This document shows positions 19,135 to 31,876 of a stretch of 64,000 bases of DNA, piece after piece (the first letter of the stretch is position 1; every line of letters starts with the position of its first letter). The DNA lies in NCBI GenBank assembly GCA_964291415.2, contig OZ219917.1:128001-192000 (forward strand), written 5' to 3'. The notes beneath the pieces were generated by a model, which worked only from the letters and a program-made list of their open reading frames with translations, was not told the DNA's origin and did no database searches. Source of the DNA: Alphaproteobacteria bacterium. GTDB taxonomy: Bacteria; Pseudomonadota; Alphaproteobacteria; SP197. A program made the translations under genes and the position numbers.

Positions 19135-20090
19135 AGTCGGCGACAGGCACGGCCTCTCATGTCCCGCCGGACATGACCTGGCGGATTCCCGACCCGATCT
19201 CGGTATGCAAGGTTCGGGTTTCCGATCAGAGCGACATCGTGGTGCGGCAACACGGCAATGCAGACGCGCCGCTTCGCTTGATTCTCAGCCACGGCAACGG
19301 CCTCGCGATCGATCTCTACTATCCCTTCTGGTCACTGCTTGCCGATGAATTCGAACTGCTGGTCTATGACCTCAGAAACCACGGCTGGAATCACCCGGGA
19401 TCACGCCACCATCACAACATCCCGACACTGATCCATGACCACGACCTCGTTCTTGACGCCATTGTTCGCCGCTACGGAGAAAAGGACTGTGTAGGCGTCT
19501 TTCATTCGGTCTCCACAGTCATCGCACTGCTGTCATTCACCAAGCGGTACTCCGGGCTGGTTCTCTTCGACCCGCCACTTTGCCAGTTTTGTGCGAGCGA
19601 AGCGGAGTTCGACGAGGCGGCCACACGGGCCGCGGCGATGACCCGGCGGCGTCGCGATCGATATGACACGGAAGACGAGTTCGCCGACATGCTGGCCTAC
19701 CTTCCCGGTTTCGTCCGCGTCCTCCCCGGGGTTCGCGAACTCATGGCGAGGACAACCCTGAGACGCTCGGCCGATGAAACGTCCTTTGAGCTGCGCTGCC
19801 CCCGCGAGTTCGAAGCCCAGATCACCGAATACATAAGATCGTTTTCTCCCCTGCTGGATCTGGACGTGCTGTCTTCTCCAGTCAAGGTCATCGGAGCCGA
19901 TCCGACCCTGCCCTACACGTACCTGCCGACCCTCAGCCTGTCGCAGGCCGCGGTGGTCGACTACGACTTTGTCGTCAATGCCACGCACCTGCTCCAGCTG
20001 GAGAAGCCGGCGGAGTGCGTCATCATGTTGCGGGAATTCCTCGACCAGATGGGTCTGCCGCGAGGCGGTTCAGCCGGCGATCCATGTTGA
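19131..20090 (+). CDS. Alpha/beta hydrolase (sup cluster accessory)
   Basis: LSHGNGLAIDLYYPFW, YDLRNHG, GVFHSVS nucleophile elbow, THLLQLEKP. GTG overlaps the PPTase stop (GTGA). Confidence 0.82.
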   Translation: MKSATGTASHVPPDMTWRIPDPISVCKVRVSDQSDIVVRQHGNADAPLRLILSHGNGLAIDLYYPFWSLLADEFELLVYDLRNHGWNHPGSRHHHNIPTLIHDHDLVLDAIVRRYGEKDCVGVFHSVSTVIALLSFTKRYSGLVLFDPPLCQFCASEAEFDEAATRAAAMTRRRRDRYDTEDEFADMLAYLPGFVRVLPGVRELMARTTLRRSADETSFELRCPREFEAQITEYIRSFSPLLDLDVLSSPVKVIGADPTLPYTYLPTLSLSQAAVVDYDFVVNATHLLQLEKPAECVIMLREFLDQMGLPRGGSAGDPC

Positions 20091-20385
20091 ACCGGCGCTT
20101 TCAGCGCACCCCCGAGGCACGACAGGTGGATTGATTGCGCAGGACGCCCGCAGGAGCGACGTCAATGACAAGGATGGCGCAGTCGGGCCCGGTGCTCACG
20201 TGGGTACCGTCACGGCCGAACGGGCCCGCCGATGCATCGCCACCTCATTGGGCCGCGTTGCACCGGTGGAAGGCACACGTTGCCTGATTGACGTCGGACA
20301 CGCTTGCGAGCAAGGGCATCGCGCCCTGGTTCACCGCACACGGTACGGCCCAACGGTCGTATCAAGGCGAACCGCTAAGGTCAGG

Positions 20386-23300
20386 CTAACGCTTCCGCGG
20401 CTCGATCCAGTGGCGCACGCGCTCGAAGGGATAGATGGGTAGCGCCACGCGTCGCCGCTTCTCGCCTGCGAACAAGGCTGCGAACGATACCGGCAAGCCC
20501 GCCGCGTAGGCGCTGGCAACCATGCTGGCGAATGACCTGTTGCCCGAGAGCAGTTCCATGCTCGACAGCGCCAGCGGCCCCGTGGCCGCGTCGCTCTTCG
20601 AGGCAGGCCACCGACGAGCGATCGCCTCTCCGATTGAACCCGATGATCCCAGATCCAGAATGGCATCCACCTCCTGATCCTCCAGCGACCTGGCGCACGC
20701 CTCCGTCGCCACGGCCTCCGCCACCCCGGAACGCCAGAACGACTCGTCGAACGCGAACCGGGAACTGCTCGCCTTGCCTGTCACGGTGCTCACCATGGTG
20801 ATCGCCGGCCGCTCGAAAACCACGTCCCCGCTTTCCTGAATCGATCTGCCGCATCCGGCCAGCGCGAGGCGGGCCCCTTCTTCGAGGCCGAACACGCCGG
20901 CCGCCTCACCCGCGGCAAGTTCCCCGGCCTCATGCCCTGTGACGACACCCGGACGGATCCCCACACTCGACCAGAGCGCGGTGAGCGCGCATTGAATCGC
21001 GTAGGCTCCCAGGCGCGTCAGGTCCGCGTCCTCGGGTCCATCGACCCTCGCGTCATGGCCGAAGAGCCGTCCGACAAGCGATTGTCCGAGCGCCTTGCGG
21101 GCGACAGAATCGCAACGATCAAGCACGGCCCTCACGACCGGTTCGCTCTCGTAGAGCCCTTTCACCGTCGCGTTGCAGAAGCCGATCTCCCCGGAAAACA
21201 CGAAGGCGACCTTCTTCGCCTGGCGCGGCGGCGCAACGCCGTTAGGGCCGGCGAACTCCTGAAGACGCTGGCGCAGCGATTCCAGGCTCGTGAACACGAT
21301 GCCGGCACGGTACCGGAAGTGACTGCGGCCGGTCCCCGCGGTCCAGGCGAGGTCTGCGAGCCAGGCCGCAGTGTCCGTTTCGAGTCCGTCGCACTGCTCG
21401 TCGACCCACGCGAGATATCGCCCGGCCAGGGCCTTCAGGGCGTTATCGGACTTGGCCGACAGCGGCAACAGCCGGGCCGTGCGCAGGCCATGACCGGCTG
21501 GCAGCTGCTCAGGACCGGCGAGACCGCCAGGCAGATCCGCCGTTACGGGTATCGCGCCGCCCTCGGGCGCGAGTCCGTTGCCGGGCACGGCCTCGGGGCT
21601 GGACGCTTCCACGATGACGTGAGCATTCGTGCCCGAGAATCCGAACGCGCTTACGCCGGCACGCGCCCTTCGGTCCTTCCGCCCGGGCCAATCAGTCGAT
21701 TGCGACGCGATCCGAACCGGCAACCGGTTCCAGTCCACATGCGGACTCGGCTCCTCGAAGTGAAGTTGCCTTGGAATGGTACCGCAACGCATCGACAGCA
21801 CGACCTTGATCAATCCGGCGATACCCGCCGCGGCCTCCAGATGGCCGATGTTCGATTTCACCGATCCGACGAGCAGCGGTCGTTGCTCTTCCCGTCCTTC
21901 GCCGTACACCGCGGCCGTAGCCTGCAACTCGATGGGATCACCGAGCGCCGAGCCGACCCCGTTCGCCTCCACATAGTCCACGTCCGATGGCGCCATTCCC
22001 GCCCGCGCAAGGGCGTCCTCCATGACCTGTTGCTGGGCCGGTCCGTTCGGCACCGTCAACCCGGCGCCTGTCCCGCTGTGATTCACGGCCGAGCCTCGGA
22101 TCACGCCCCAGATTCGATCTCCGTCAGCCTGTGCGTCCGAGTGGCGCTTGAGGAGGACGACGCCACATCCCTCGCCGCGCACGTACCCGTCCGCGGACGC
22201 ATCGAACGACGCGCAACGGCCGGTCGAGGAGAGCATGCCATGCTCGATCAGAAAGTTCCCGACTCCGGACGAAAGAACGACGTTGACGCCGCCGGCGAGC
22301 GCAAGCTCCACCTCGTCACGCTGCAAGGCCGTCACCGCTTCGTGAACGGCAACCAGCGACGAGGCGCAGTTCAACTCCAGGGGAATCGCAGGGCCAACGA
22401 GTCCGAGCTCGAAGGCGATGCGACCCACCGCGATGCTACCCATCGTGCCGAAGTAACCGCCCTGCCTTCCGCCCGCGTTCATCAGCTCGCGATACTCTCC
22501 CGGCCCCAGGCCCACGTACACGCCCGCTCGAGCGCCCTTCAGACGAGCGGTGTCCATGCCGGCATCTTCGAACGCGTGCCAGCTGGTCTCCAGCAGCATC
22601 CGGTGCTGCGGATCCATCGCCTCGGCCTCGATGGGCCGGATACCGAAGAAATCCGCATCAAAGCAATCGAGTTCCGACACAAACCCGCCGCGCCTCAACG
22701 ACGCATGGTCCGCCCCGGGGTCTCCGACGCCATGGCTCCAGGATTCGAAGTCCGGGCGTCCGTCCGAGATCAGGTCCGCGCCCGACGAGAGCCGGTTCCA
22801 GTAGGCCGTGAGGTCCGGCGCACCCGGATACCGGCAGGCCATGCCGACAATCGCGATCGCCTCGTTGCTGCTCGAGCCGCGGTCCGGCCTGGCGTGCACA
22901 GCCGGCATGGCAGGAGCCGGCAACGTCTTGGAAGAGGTTTCTCCGGCGAGCTCGCCGATGAGGAAGCGGGCGAGGGTGTCGGCGTCAGGATAATCGAATA
23001 CCAGGGTGTTGGAGACCACGTATGCGCCGGCGAAGGCCCGGTTCAGCCGGTTCCGCAACTCGACTGCCATGAGCGAATCCATGCCGAGATCAAAGAACCG
23101 CGCGTGGGGCGCCGGCCGCGCGGGAAGCCGCATGATCGACTGCAACTCATCGAGCACAAGCGTGCACAGCAACCCGTCTCGTTCGGACGCGGCAGCCTCC
23201 TGCAGGCGCATCAGAAGGTCGTTCTGTCCGTTCGGCGCTTCAGGTGTGCGTGTTGTCTCCCGCGTCCCGGAAGAAGCGAGCAACTCCTCGAGCAGCGGCG

Positions 23301-26300
23301 AGGGCGCCGCCAGCGCCTCCGCGTACACCGGCCAATCCGCCGCCATCACCACCGCACTTTCCACGTCCTCGCGCACCAGCCGCTCAAAGACCAGCAGCCC
23401 CTGTCGTGGCGTCATCCAGCGGATGCCCCGAGCCGAAAGGTGGCCGGCAATACGCTCGCGGTGCTCCTCCGCCTCGCCCAACTCCGACCACGCGCCCCAC
23501 GCGATAGCCTGGCCGGCGAGGCCGAGCGCCCGCCGGTGGGCGGCGAGCTGGTCGAGAAACGCGTTCGCCGCGGCGTGGTTCGATTGTCCGGGATTGCCCA
23601 TGACGCCGGCAGCGCTGGAGAACAGGACAAAGAGGTCAAGATCGCGGTTCTCGGTCGCCCGGTGCAGATTCCATGCGCCGAGCACCTTCGGCCAGATCAC
23701 CGTCTCGAAGGTCTCCCAGCTCTGGTTCACGAGCGATGCGTCCGAAAGCACGCCCACGCTGTGGACGACGCCGGCCAGCGGCGGCAATTCGCTGTCGATC
23801 CAGCCGAGCATCGCGTCGACTTCCGCATCGACGGTCACGTCCGCGACCTTGCCGTGCACGGCCACGCCGCGCGATTTCAGCGCACGTATCGTCTCCTGCG
23901 CGGACGCATCCGGGGGCCGGCGTCCATTGAGCACGATCGTGCCCGCTCCGTGGTCGGCAAGCCAACCGGCCAGCGCACAGCCGATTCCTCCGAAGCCACC
24001 GGTCACCAGGTAGGTGCCATCGCCACGCAAACGACCGTGGGCGAACGGCGCCTGCGTCAGGACGATCTTGCCGATGTGCCGGGCCGAGCGCATGAACGAC
24101 ATCGCCGACGACGCCTCGGCCATGGGCCAGCGCAGGTGGGGGAGTGGAGCAAGCTCGCCCGCTTCGATGCGCTTCGTGACGCTCGCGAGCACCGAACCCG
24201 CACGGGCAGGCTCGCGTTCCTTGATGTCGTCCAGACGCAGCACGGAGTACCCAACGTCGGGGCGTACGTCCGCGATTTCCTGCGCGCTCCAGATATCGCG
24301 TGCGCCGAGTTCCACGAACCGGCCGCCGCGCGCGACGCAGGACAGGCTGGCCTCTATGAAACCCTTGCCGGTCAGGCTGTTCAGCACGACATCCACCCCG
24401 GCGCCATCAGTGGCTTCGAGAACCGCCTGTGCGAAGTCCAGCGTGCGGCTGTCGTACACCGCCTCCACGCCAAGGGAGCGGAGAAAGCCCTGCTTCGACG
24501 CGCTGGCGGTCGCGAACACCCTCGCGCCGACCGCCTGTGCCAACTGGATCGCCGCGAGTCCGACTCCGCCGGCGCCGGCATGGATCAGCACGCGTTCGCC
24601 GGCCCTGAGCCCGGCGAACTCGAACGACAGGGCGGCGGACACGAACGCGGTGGACACTCCGGCCAGTGCGGCGGAAGGAATTCCCGCTGGCGCAGGCATC
24701 ACCAGCTCGGCCCGTGTCACCACCTCTGATGCGAAAGCACCGAACGCCATGCCGACAACCCGGTCGCCGACCGACACGTGCGAGACATTCTCGCCCGCGC
24801 CGACGACCCGACCGCACAGTTCGCGGCCGAGTTCCCCCGTCTCGAGCGCGTCCATCGCGCGCAGCACGTCCCGAAAGTTGAGACCGGCCGCCTCGACGGC
24901 GATCCGGACATCGTCCGGCCCCAGGGAACGAGCCGGGGCGCTCACCACTTGCAGCGATTCGAGCGGTCCTTCCGTTCCCGGCTCGAGCCGCCACCCGCGG
25001 TCGACCGGGAATGCGGTCCGCGGCGCCGCGGCGCCGGCTCGGACCAGTCGCGCGACATGTCTTCGGCCGCTCCGCCAGGCCATGTGATTCTCGCCATCAG
25101 GCCACAGCAGCTCGCCGGCAAGAACGGAAACGTCCGTCGGGCTTTCCGGATCGAGATCAATCATTCGCGGCATCAGATGCGACACTTCGCGGGCCAGCAC
25201 CTTGCCGAACCCCCAAAGAGTCGCACCGGCCGGTGTCCCGTCTCTTTCGCGATCAAGGACCTGTGCGCCGCGCGTCACGAGCCACAGTCCCTTGGCGAGC
25301 GCCACGCCTGCATCCATCGCACCCTGCACCAGAGCGAGAGCGCTTGCCTGCGCGTGCGTCACGTCTTGCGCGATCTCGCCGGGCGTCGCCCGTCTTCCGT
25401 GGCCATCGAGCGCCGGGAGATGCACGATCCCCTGAAGCGGCGGCGCCGGGGCCAGGCCTTCGAACAACGATTTCCACGACCGGCGGCAGCGGAGCGGAAC
25501 GGATGTCCTCACCACCTCCTGGAAAGTCGGAGCCGCCACGGTTTCTGCGGCGCCCTCGCCCACGACCACCACGGCCTGGTTCCGCGCTGCAAGCTCGCTG
25601 GCGAGCGATTCGCCAACCCCACCACCGTCGCAGACGATGACCCAGACGCCGAACGAAAGTGGCGTATCAGCGGGCGCGCGCGCCAGGATCAGACCGCGGT
25701 CGAGCAGCGCGTGTTCGCTGTCTTCGTCAACTCCCAGGATCGTCGCATCGCAAAGTCCGGCGTCGCCAAGAGCCCGCCGCCACACGTCAGGACCGCCGAT
25801 CGCGCTTGCGGGCCTGTAGGAATCGGCAAAGCGCCACCACCCTTCGAGAAGCCCGAAGGTGAGGTCCTGCCAGTGCCAGGCCCGCATGAGCTCGAGCACG
25901 ACGAGCCGGCCTCCCGGGGCGAGAAGCGCGCGACAGTTCGCCAACGTCTCCCCCAGGTCCCTGGTGGCATGCAGCACATTCGCCGCGATGACCAGATCGC
26001 AACTCTGCTGGTCGAATCCCTGCATCGAGGGATCCGCCTCGATGTCGAGAACCCGGTAGTCGAACGACGAGTCTCCGCCGCCGAAGCGCGCCTCTGCCGC
26101 CGCGAAGAAGCCCGCCGAGATGTCCGTGAAGAGGTAGTCGAAGCGACCGTCGGGAAGCACGGAGAGCACCGCTTCGGTCGTGGAACCCGTGCCGGCGCCG
26201 ACCTCAAGCACCCGCAGCCTCTTGCCCTCCGGAATCGCTTCGCAGAGCGGCAAGAGCGCGTCCGCAAGCAATTGATGGCCCGCGCGCGCCGCCGTGGAGT

Positions 26301-29300
26301 TGCGGTAGATGTCGGCGGCGGACGGCTCGCCGCTGCCGAACAGCAGTGTCAGCGGATCGGCCCTGCCCAGCAGCACATCGGCCAGTGCATCGCCACAACG
26401 GCGCAACAACCCGATCTCGTTCCTGCCGTGCGGATGTTTCGCCTCGAGGTCGGTCGCCAGTCGCTGCGGGTCGCCAAGCGCACCGTCCGGCAACGACTCG
26501 CCGCGTCCGAGCGCGACCGCGGGTTTGCCGTCGGTCCCCGGGGACAGCACTCCCGCCTCGCCGAGCATCGAGATCAAGCGAGCGAACAGGCTCCGATGTT
26601 CAAGTCCTACGCCGAGTTCGTCTGCCAGTTCCTGCGGTTCGATCGAAGCTCCCGCGCTCCGCCGCCAGTCGAGTCGTTCGAACGCCGCAACAGCGTAGGC
26701 ACGCGACAGGCGGTCCAGATCCTGGAGCAACTCGAACCGTTGTGCCGCCGGAACGCCCTCTGCCTGAAGATAGTCGGAGAACGGTGCGGTCTGCTCCGCC
26801 CCGATCGCCGGTCCAGTGGGCAAGCGGGCGGGCTCGGGGCCCGCCACGGGCGCCCGCTCGCGCCATGCAACTTCGTAGAGCAGGTCGTTGACCTCGGTCA
26901 TCGCAGCGAGCATCGCGGAGCGTGTCGCCCGCTTCATCGTGAACCCTTCCACGCCGCCGATGGGCTCTCCGTCCGGCGCATGGATCCACAGGTCGGCCTT
27001 CAGCACTTCAGCCGTGTCGTCCCAGATGGCCTCGGCACCGGCGGCGCTCCCGCGCATGCGCACATGGCAGACGACGTGTAGCGGGGGCGGTTCGAGCAGC
27101 CACAACCGTTCCCAGCCGAACGGCATGTAGGTCGACTTGCCGGCGCGCCTGGCCTGGTCGCGCGCCGCCATCAGGACCTGGAAACATCCGTCAAGAAGAA
27201 TTGGATGCATGTCCATGCCGCCCTGATCCAGGTCTTTCGGCAGCACGACGTCGCCGATTGCCTCACCCTGGCCGAAGCAGATCGATTGCAGGGGGCGGAA
27301 CGCCGGACCGAGCACGACCCTGGTGCTGATCTTGTTGCGATAGAGCGTTGCGACATCGCCGCGCGTCAGGCCGGCTCTCACGGCATCCAGATCTTTCCGC
27401 ACCCGGGGCCCGTCAGGGGGCAGGCCGGGCAGCATCCGGCCGTCCATGTGCAGCGTCCAGTCGTCGTCTGTCCCCTTGCTGAACACCTCGAAACGCCGCG
27501 ACGACTGCGTCTTCGAACCATCGCAGAGAAGCTGCAGCGTCCGGCCCGCCTCGCGAGGCTTCACGTCCTCCTCCGCCTCCTCGTCGCGCAGGATCATCGG
27601 ACTGTGCAACTGGCATTCTTCCAGAGTTACCGCCCGGGCGCCCTCGCTCCAGAGCACCCCCGCGGCCATCGCGCCGAACATCGCGCCCGGCACCACCACC
27701 TGGTCGAACACCCGGTGATCGTTCAGCCATCCGGGGTCCGTTGCGCGGATCTCCGATGCGAACACGGTGTCGCCGCGGGGTGAATCGTGCCGCACCCCCA
27801 GAAGTGCATGCCCTGGGTCGGATCGCCATCGCTTCGGTGCGCCAACCCAGTGCCGGCGGCGCTGGAACGGATAGGCCGGCAGCGCAATGCGGCGCCTCGC
27901 CTCGCCGGCAAAGAGCCCTTCGAGGCGGAACGGAAACCCGGCCTCGTAGGCGGCAGCCACGCCGTGGACGAAGGCCTCTCCTCCAGCCGGTGTCGGCGTC
28001 GTGTCGGACGGTCGCCGCAGGCTCGCCACCGTGAACGGAGCGGCAGAATCCTTGTGTTCCGTCTGCGGCCAAACCGCCGATGCCATCGGACCCAGCACCG
28101 CATGCGGCCCGACCTCGACGATGGCGTCCACGCCGAGCTCCGCGATGGTCTCGACACAGGCACGAAACGCCACGACCTGGCGCGCCTGGCGCTTCCAGTA
28201 CGCTGCGTCGAGCATGTCGTCCGGCGTCACCACCGCGCCGGACAGATTGCTCACGAAAGTCAGCGCCGGCGGCGAGAAGGTGAGCTTGTTCAGTGCTGCC
28301 TCAAGGTCGTCCAGCGCCGGCTCCACCATCGCACTGTGATAGGCGGGGCTCCGTCGCAGGCGCGCCACCCGCACGTCTTGCGATTCGAAGCCGGCGACGA
28401 GCGCCTCGACATCCGTTGCCGGTCCGCTGACCACCTGGTGCGTGCCGTTGTCCGCCGCCACGCACAGACCGGTCCCGGCGCACGACGCGTTGTAATCGCC
28501 AAGCGCCGAGGCGACGCGCGATGCCGGTGCGAACACCGCGGCCATCGCGCCATGGCCCGGCAGTGCCCCGATCAGTGCGCCCCGCGCCATCGCGAAGCGA
28601 AGCCCGTCCTCGACGCTCAACACGCCGGCGGCCTGCGCCGCCGCGATCTCTCCAAGGCTGTGCCCCAGCACGACGTCGGGTCGGATTCCCATGCTGGACC
28701 AGAGGGCGGTCAGCGCACACTCAAGCGCATAGATCGCGGGTTGCTTCCACTGCGGGTCATCGAGTTCGCCTGCTGCTTCTGGCCGGCCGAACATGACGTC
28801 GAGAAGCGAGGCGCCGCGCTCGTCCTGAACGACCGCGTCGCAGCGCTGCAGGACAGAGCCCGCACAACCGGCTCGCTCTCGTAGAGGTCGGACCCCATCC
28901 CCACCCACTGGCTCGCCTGGCCGGTGTAGGCAAAGGCAATCTTCGACACCGCCTTCGGCGCCGCGTCTCCTTCGCCGGCGATGGTCGATTCAAGGCCCTC
29001 GCGCAGCGATGCCGCATCGCTGAACACGACGGCGGCGCGATGGGCGAAATGACTACGCCCGACAGATGCCGTCCAGGCCACGTCGGCGAGCATCGCCGCC
29101 TCGCGGTCACCATCCCCGGTACCTTCCGCGGTCTCATGGTCGAGCCAGGTTCGATACCGGGCGGCAAGATCCCGCAGCGCTTCCCGGGACTTGCCGGAAA
29201 GCGGCAGGATCCGCAGCCTTCGCGCCCGGGGCGCCTCGTCCGCCGATGCGAAGTCCGCCATCGCCCCGCAGAGCTGCAGCGGAACCTCGCGTGCCGACCC

Positions 29301-30723
29301 TGCTGGCCAACCGCGCGGACCCTTCGCGCACGCGCCGTCCGCCGCCTTGAGACCTTCCACGATCACGTGCGAGTTGGTTCCGGAGAAGCCGAAAGAGCTC
29401 ACCCCGGCCAGTGCAGGAGCGGTCGCCCGAGTTCGGCCACGCGGTCGGCGTCGTTGTGACCCGTACGGGCAACCGGTCCCACTCGATACCCGGATTCGGA
29501 TTGGAGAGGTTGAGATGCCTCGGGATGACTCCGCGGTGCATTGCCAGAAGCACCTTGATCAGGCCCGCCGCGCCGGCGGCGGCGGCCAGATGACCGATAT
29601 TGGTCTTGACCGAGCCTACGAGCAGGGGACGTTCGCCGTCTCTTCCCCGACCGTAGACGGATGCGGCGGCCGCAATTTCGACGGGATCGCCCAGCTTCGT
29701 TCCGGTGCCATGCGCCTCAAGGTAGTCGATCTGTGACGGAGCCAGGGAGGCGCTCGCCAGCGCATCCTCGATGACCCGCTCCTGCGTAAGCCGCATCGGC
29801 ACCGACAGTCCCGGGCGCGCCCCGTCCTGGTTGACCGCCGAGCCCCGGATCACTCCCCAGATCCTGTCGCCCGCCGCCTCGGCCTCATCGAGCCGCTTCA
29901 GCACCAGCAGCCCACAGCCCTCGCTGCGCACGAATCCGTCCGCCCGCTCGTCGAACGTCCAGCATTGTCCGGTCGGCGACAGCATCCCGGCATTGGCCAT
30001 CCCCTCGGTCGTCAGCGGCGACAGGATCACGCACACCCCGCCGGCGATGGCGAGATCCGCCTCGCCGCGCTCAAGGCCCGCCATCGCCTGGTGCACCGCC
30101 ACCAGCGAGGACGAGCAGGCCGTGTCGACCGCCACCGATGGACCCTGCAGCCCGAGCACGAACGACACGCGTCCGCTCGCGGTGCTGAATCGGTTGCCGG
30201 TCAACAGATACAGCGTCGCGTCCGGGCCGACGGGGTCGCTCGCCCCCCGCACCAGTTCCTGGTACTCGTAGCTGCCGATGCCCGCATAGACGCCTGTTCG
30301 ACTTCCGACGAGCCTCTCCGGCGCAATCCCGGCGTCCTCCAGTGCCTCCCAACTCACCTCGAGCAGCAGGCGCTGTTGCGGGTCGAGCGACTCGGCCTCG
30401 ATCGGCGAGATACGGAAGAACTCGGCATCAAACTGGTCAATCCCGCCAAGAAACGAGCCATATCGGCTGGCCGGGTGCACGGGAGTTTCGTCCGGGAACA
30501 TCTGGTTCACGCGTCCGCTTCCCGGACCGGGGGAGCCGTGCGTGACAGTGTTGTCGCCTGCCTCGAGGAGCCTCCAGAACGCATCGAGGTCGTCGGCGCC
30601 GGGGAAGCGGCAGGCCATTCCCACCACGGCGATCGACTCCCTGCTGTCTGAACGCTCGTGTGTCTCCCGACGGGGCTGAACCTCCCCCGTTGCGGAACGA
30701 GCATGTGGACGCTGGCTCTTCAT
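20386..30723 (-). CDS. supA: SupA-like type I polyketide synthase KS-AT-DH-cMT-ER-KR-ACP-KS-AT, interrupted by two frameshifts (~29419, ~28855)
   Basis: KS1 DTACSSSL/EAHGTGT/NIGHL; AT GHSLGE; DH DHRVFDQVVVP and LLDGCFQ; cMT LEVGAGTG and ANVLHAT; ER HAGAGGVG; KR TGGFGGIG and GQSNHAAAN; ACP GMDSLMAV; KS2 ELNCASSL/EANGVGS; AT2 GHEAG. The reading frame is pieced together from three ORFs. Confidence 0.85.
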
Positions 30724-31096
30724 GAACTTCGGCACTCTCGCAACACAGTCCGACGCCACAGTCGCCGGGGACACGATCCCGTTGCTTCACTTGTATCGAT
30801 GGACCGAGGCTTGGTAAAGCCGGGCCATCGCATCAGCGGCCATCCTCAAGATACACCATCCTGCCGGGCGGGAACCCGTCGGAATCGCCCGTCAGCGCCA
30901 TGGCCGGCGCCGGCTGCCGGCCATCGTTTCGCGGCAGGGTCGCAGCATGATCGAAGCTGGACCGGTGAAGCGTCGACGAGGGGGCTCGCACCGCGGGTGA
31001 CATTGTCCTTGCCGGAGTTCCAAACTACTGTCCTCGCGCAAGCCGGGAGGCAGCTGCGAGGCCTGTCATGCGGAAGGCGAAGGGGAGACATTCATC

Positions 31097-31876
31097 ATGA
31101 GCGATCACGAGGAAAACGAGTATACCGACAGCTTTGTTGGCGCCATTGAACTGGTCTGGGGCGACGGCTTCCTGTCACCGGGCGGCAAGGAAGAGATCGC
31201 TCTCTTTCTCGAAGGTCTCGACATCTCAGGCAAGGAGGTCCTCGATGTCGGTTGCGGCATCGGCGGCTGTGACGTGGTGCTGGCGCGCGACTTCGGAGCG
31301 GCCCGTGTGCACGGTATCGATATCGAACAGCCGTTGCTGCGGCGCTGCGTTGAACGGGCCGAACGGGAGGGCCTTTCCGGGCGTCTGAGCTACGAGAAAG
31401 TCGAACCCGGTCCGTTTCCGCTGCCCGACGAGAGCTTCGATGTCGTGTTCAGCAAGGACGCCATGATTCACATCGAGGACAAGCATGCGCTGTTCGCCGA
31501 AGTCTTTCGGGTCTTGCGTCCGGGCGGGGTGTTCCTCGCCAGCGACTGGATGCGGCGGGACGAGGAACCGCCGGGACCGGAGACCCAGCACTGGCTGGAC
31601 ATTGTCGGTCTCACCTTCGGCATGCACTCGCCGCCCATCTACATCGACGCCCTGGAGGCAGCGGGATTCGTCAATTGCTCCAGCAGGGATCGCAACGCGT
31701 TCCTGATCCGCGTCTTGCGGGCGGACTACTCCCTGATCACCGGTGAGGGCCGGGAGGAACTCATCCGCCGCACGGGCGAGGAAGCCCAGCACTACACCGA
31801 TGTCTGGCATGCCGCGCTGCGCGCAGCCGAGGTCGGAGAGCTTCGGCCCGGTCACCTCAGGGGTTTCAAGCCATGA
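31097..31876 (+). CDS. Class I SAM-dependent N-methyltransferase (phosphoethanolamine/sarcosine N-MT-like)
   Basis: ELVWGDGFLSPGG, LDVGCGIGG, FDVVFSKDAMIHIEDK, LRPGG. Confidence 0.85.
   Translation: MSDHEENEYTDSFVGAIELVWGDGFLSPGGKEEIALFLEGLDISGKEVLDVGCGIGGCDVVLARDFGAARVHGIDIEQPLLRRCVERAEREGLSGRLSYEKVEPGPFPLPDESFDVVFSKDAMIHIEDKHALFAEVFRVLRPGGVFLASDWMRRDEEPPGPETQHWLDIVGLTFGMHSPPIYIDALEAAGFVNCSSRDRNAFLIRVLRADYSLITGEGREELIRRTGEEAQHYTDVWHAALRAAEVGELRPGHLRGFKP

Noticed and set aside
20932-28884. Very long + strand ORFs (1265, 767 and 365 aa) opposite the PKS
   Set aside because: Antisense shadows of a GC-rich gene; Arg/Ala/Gly-rich with no recognisable motifs.
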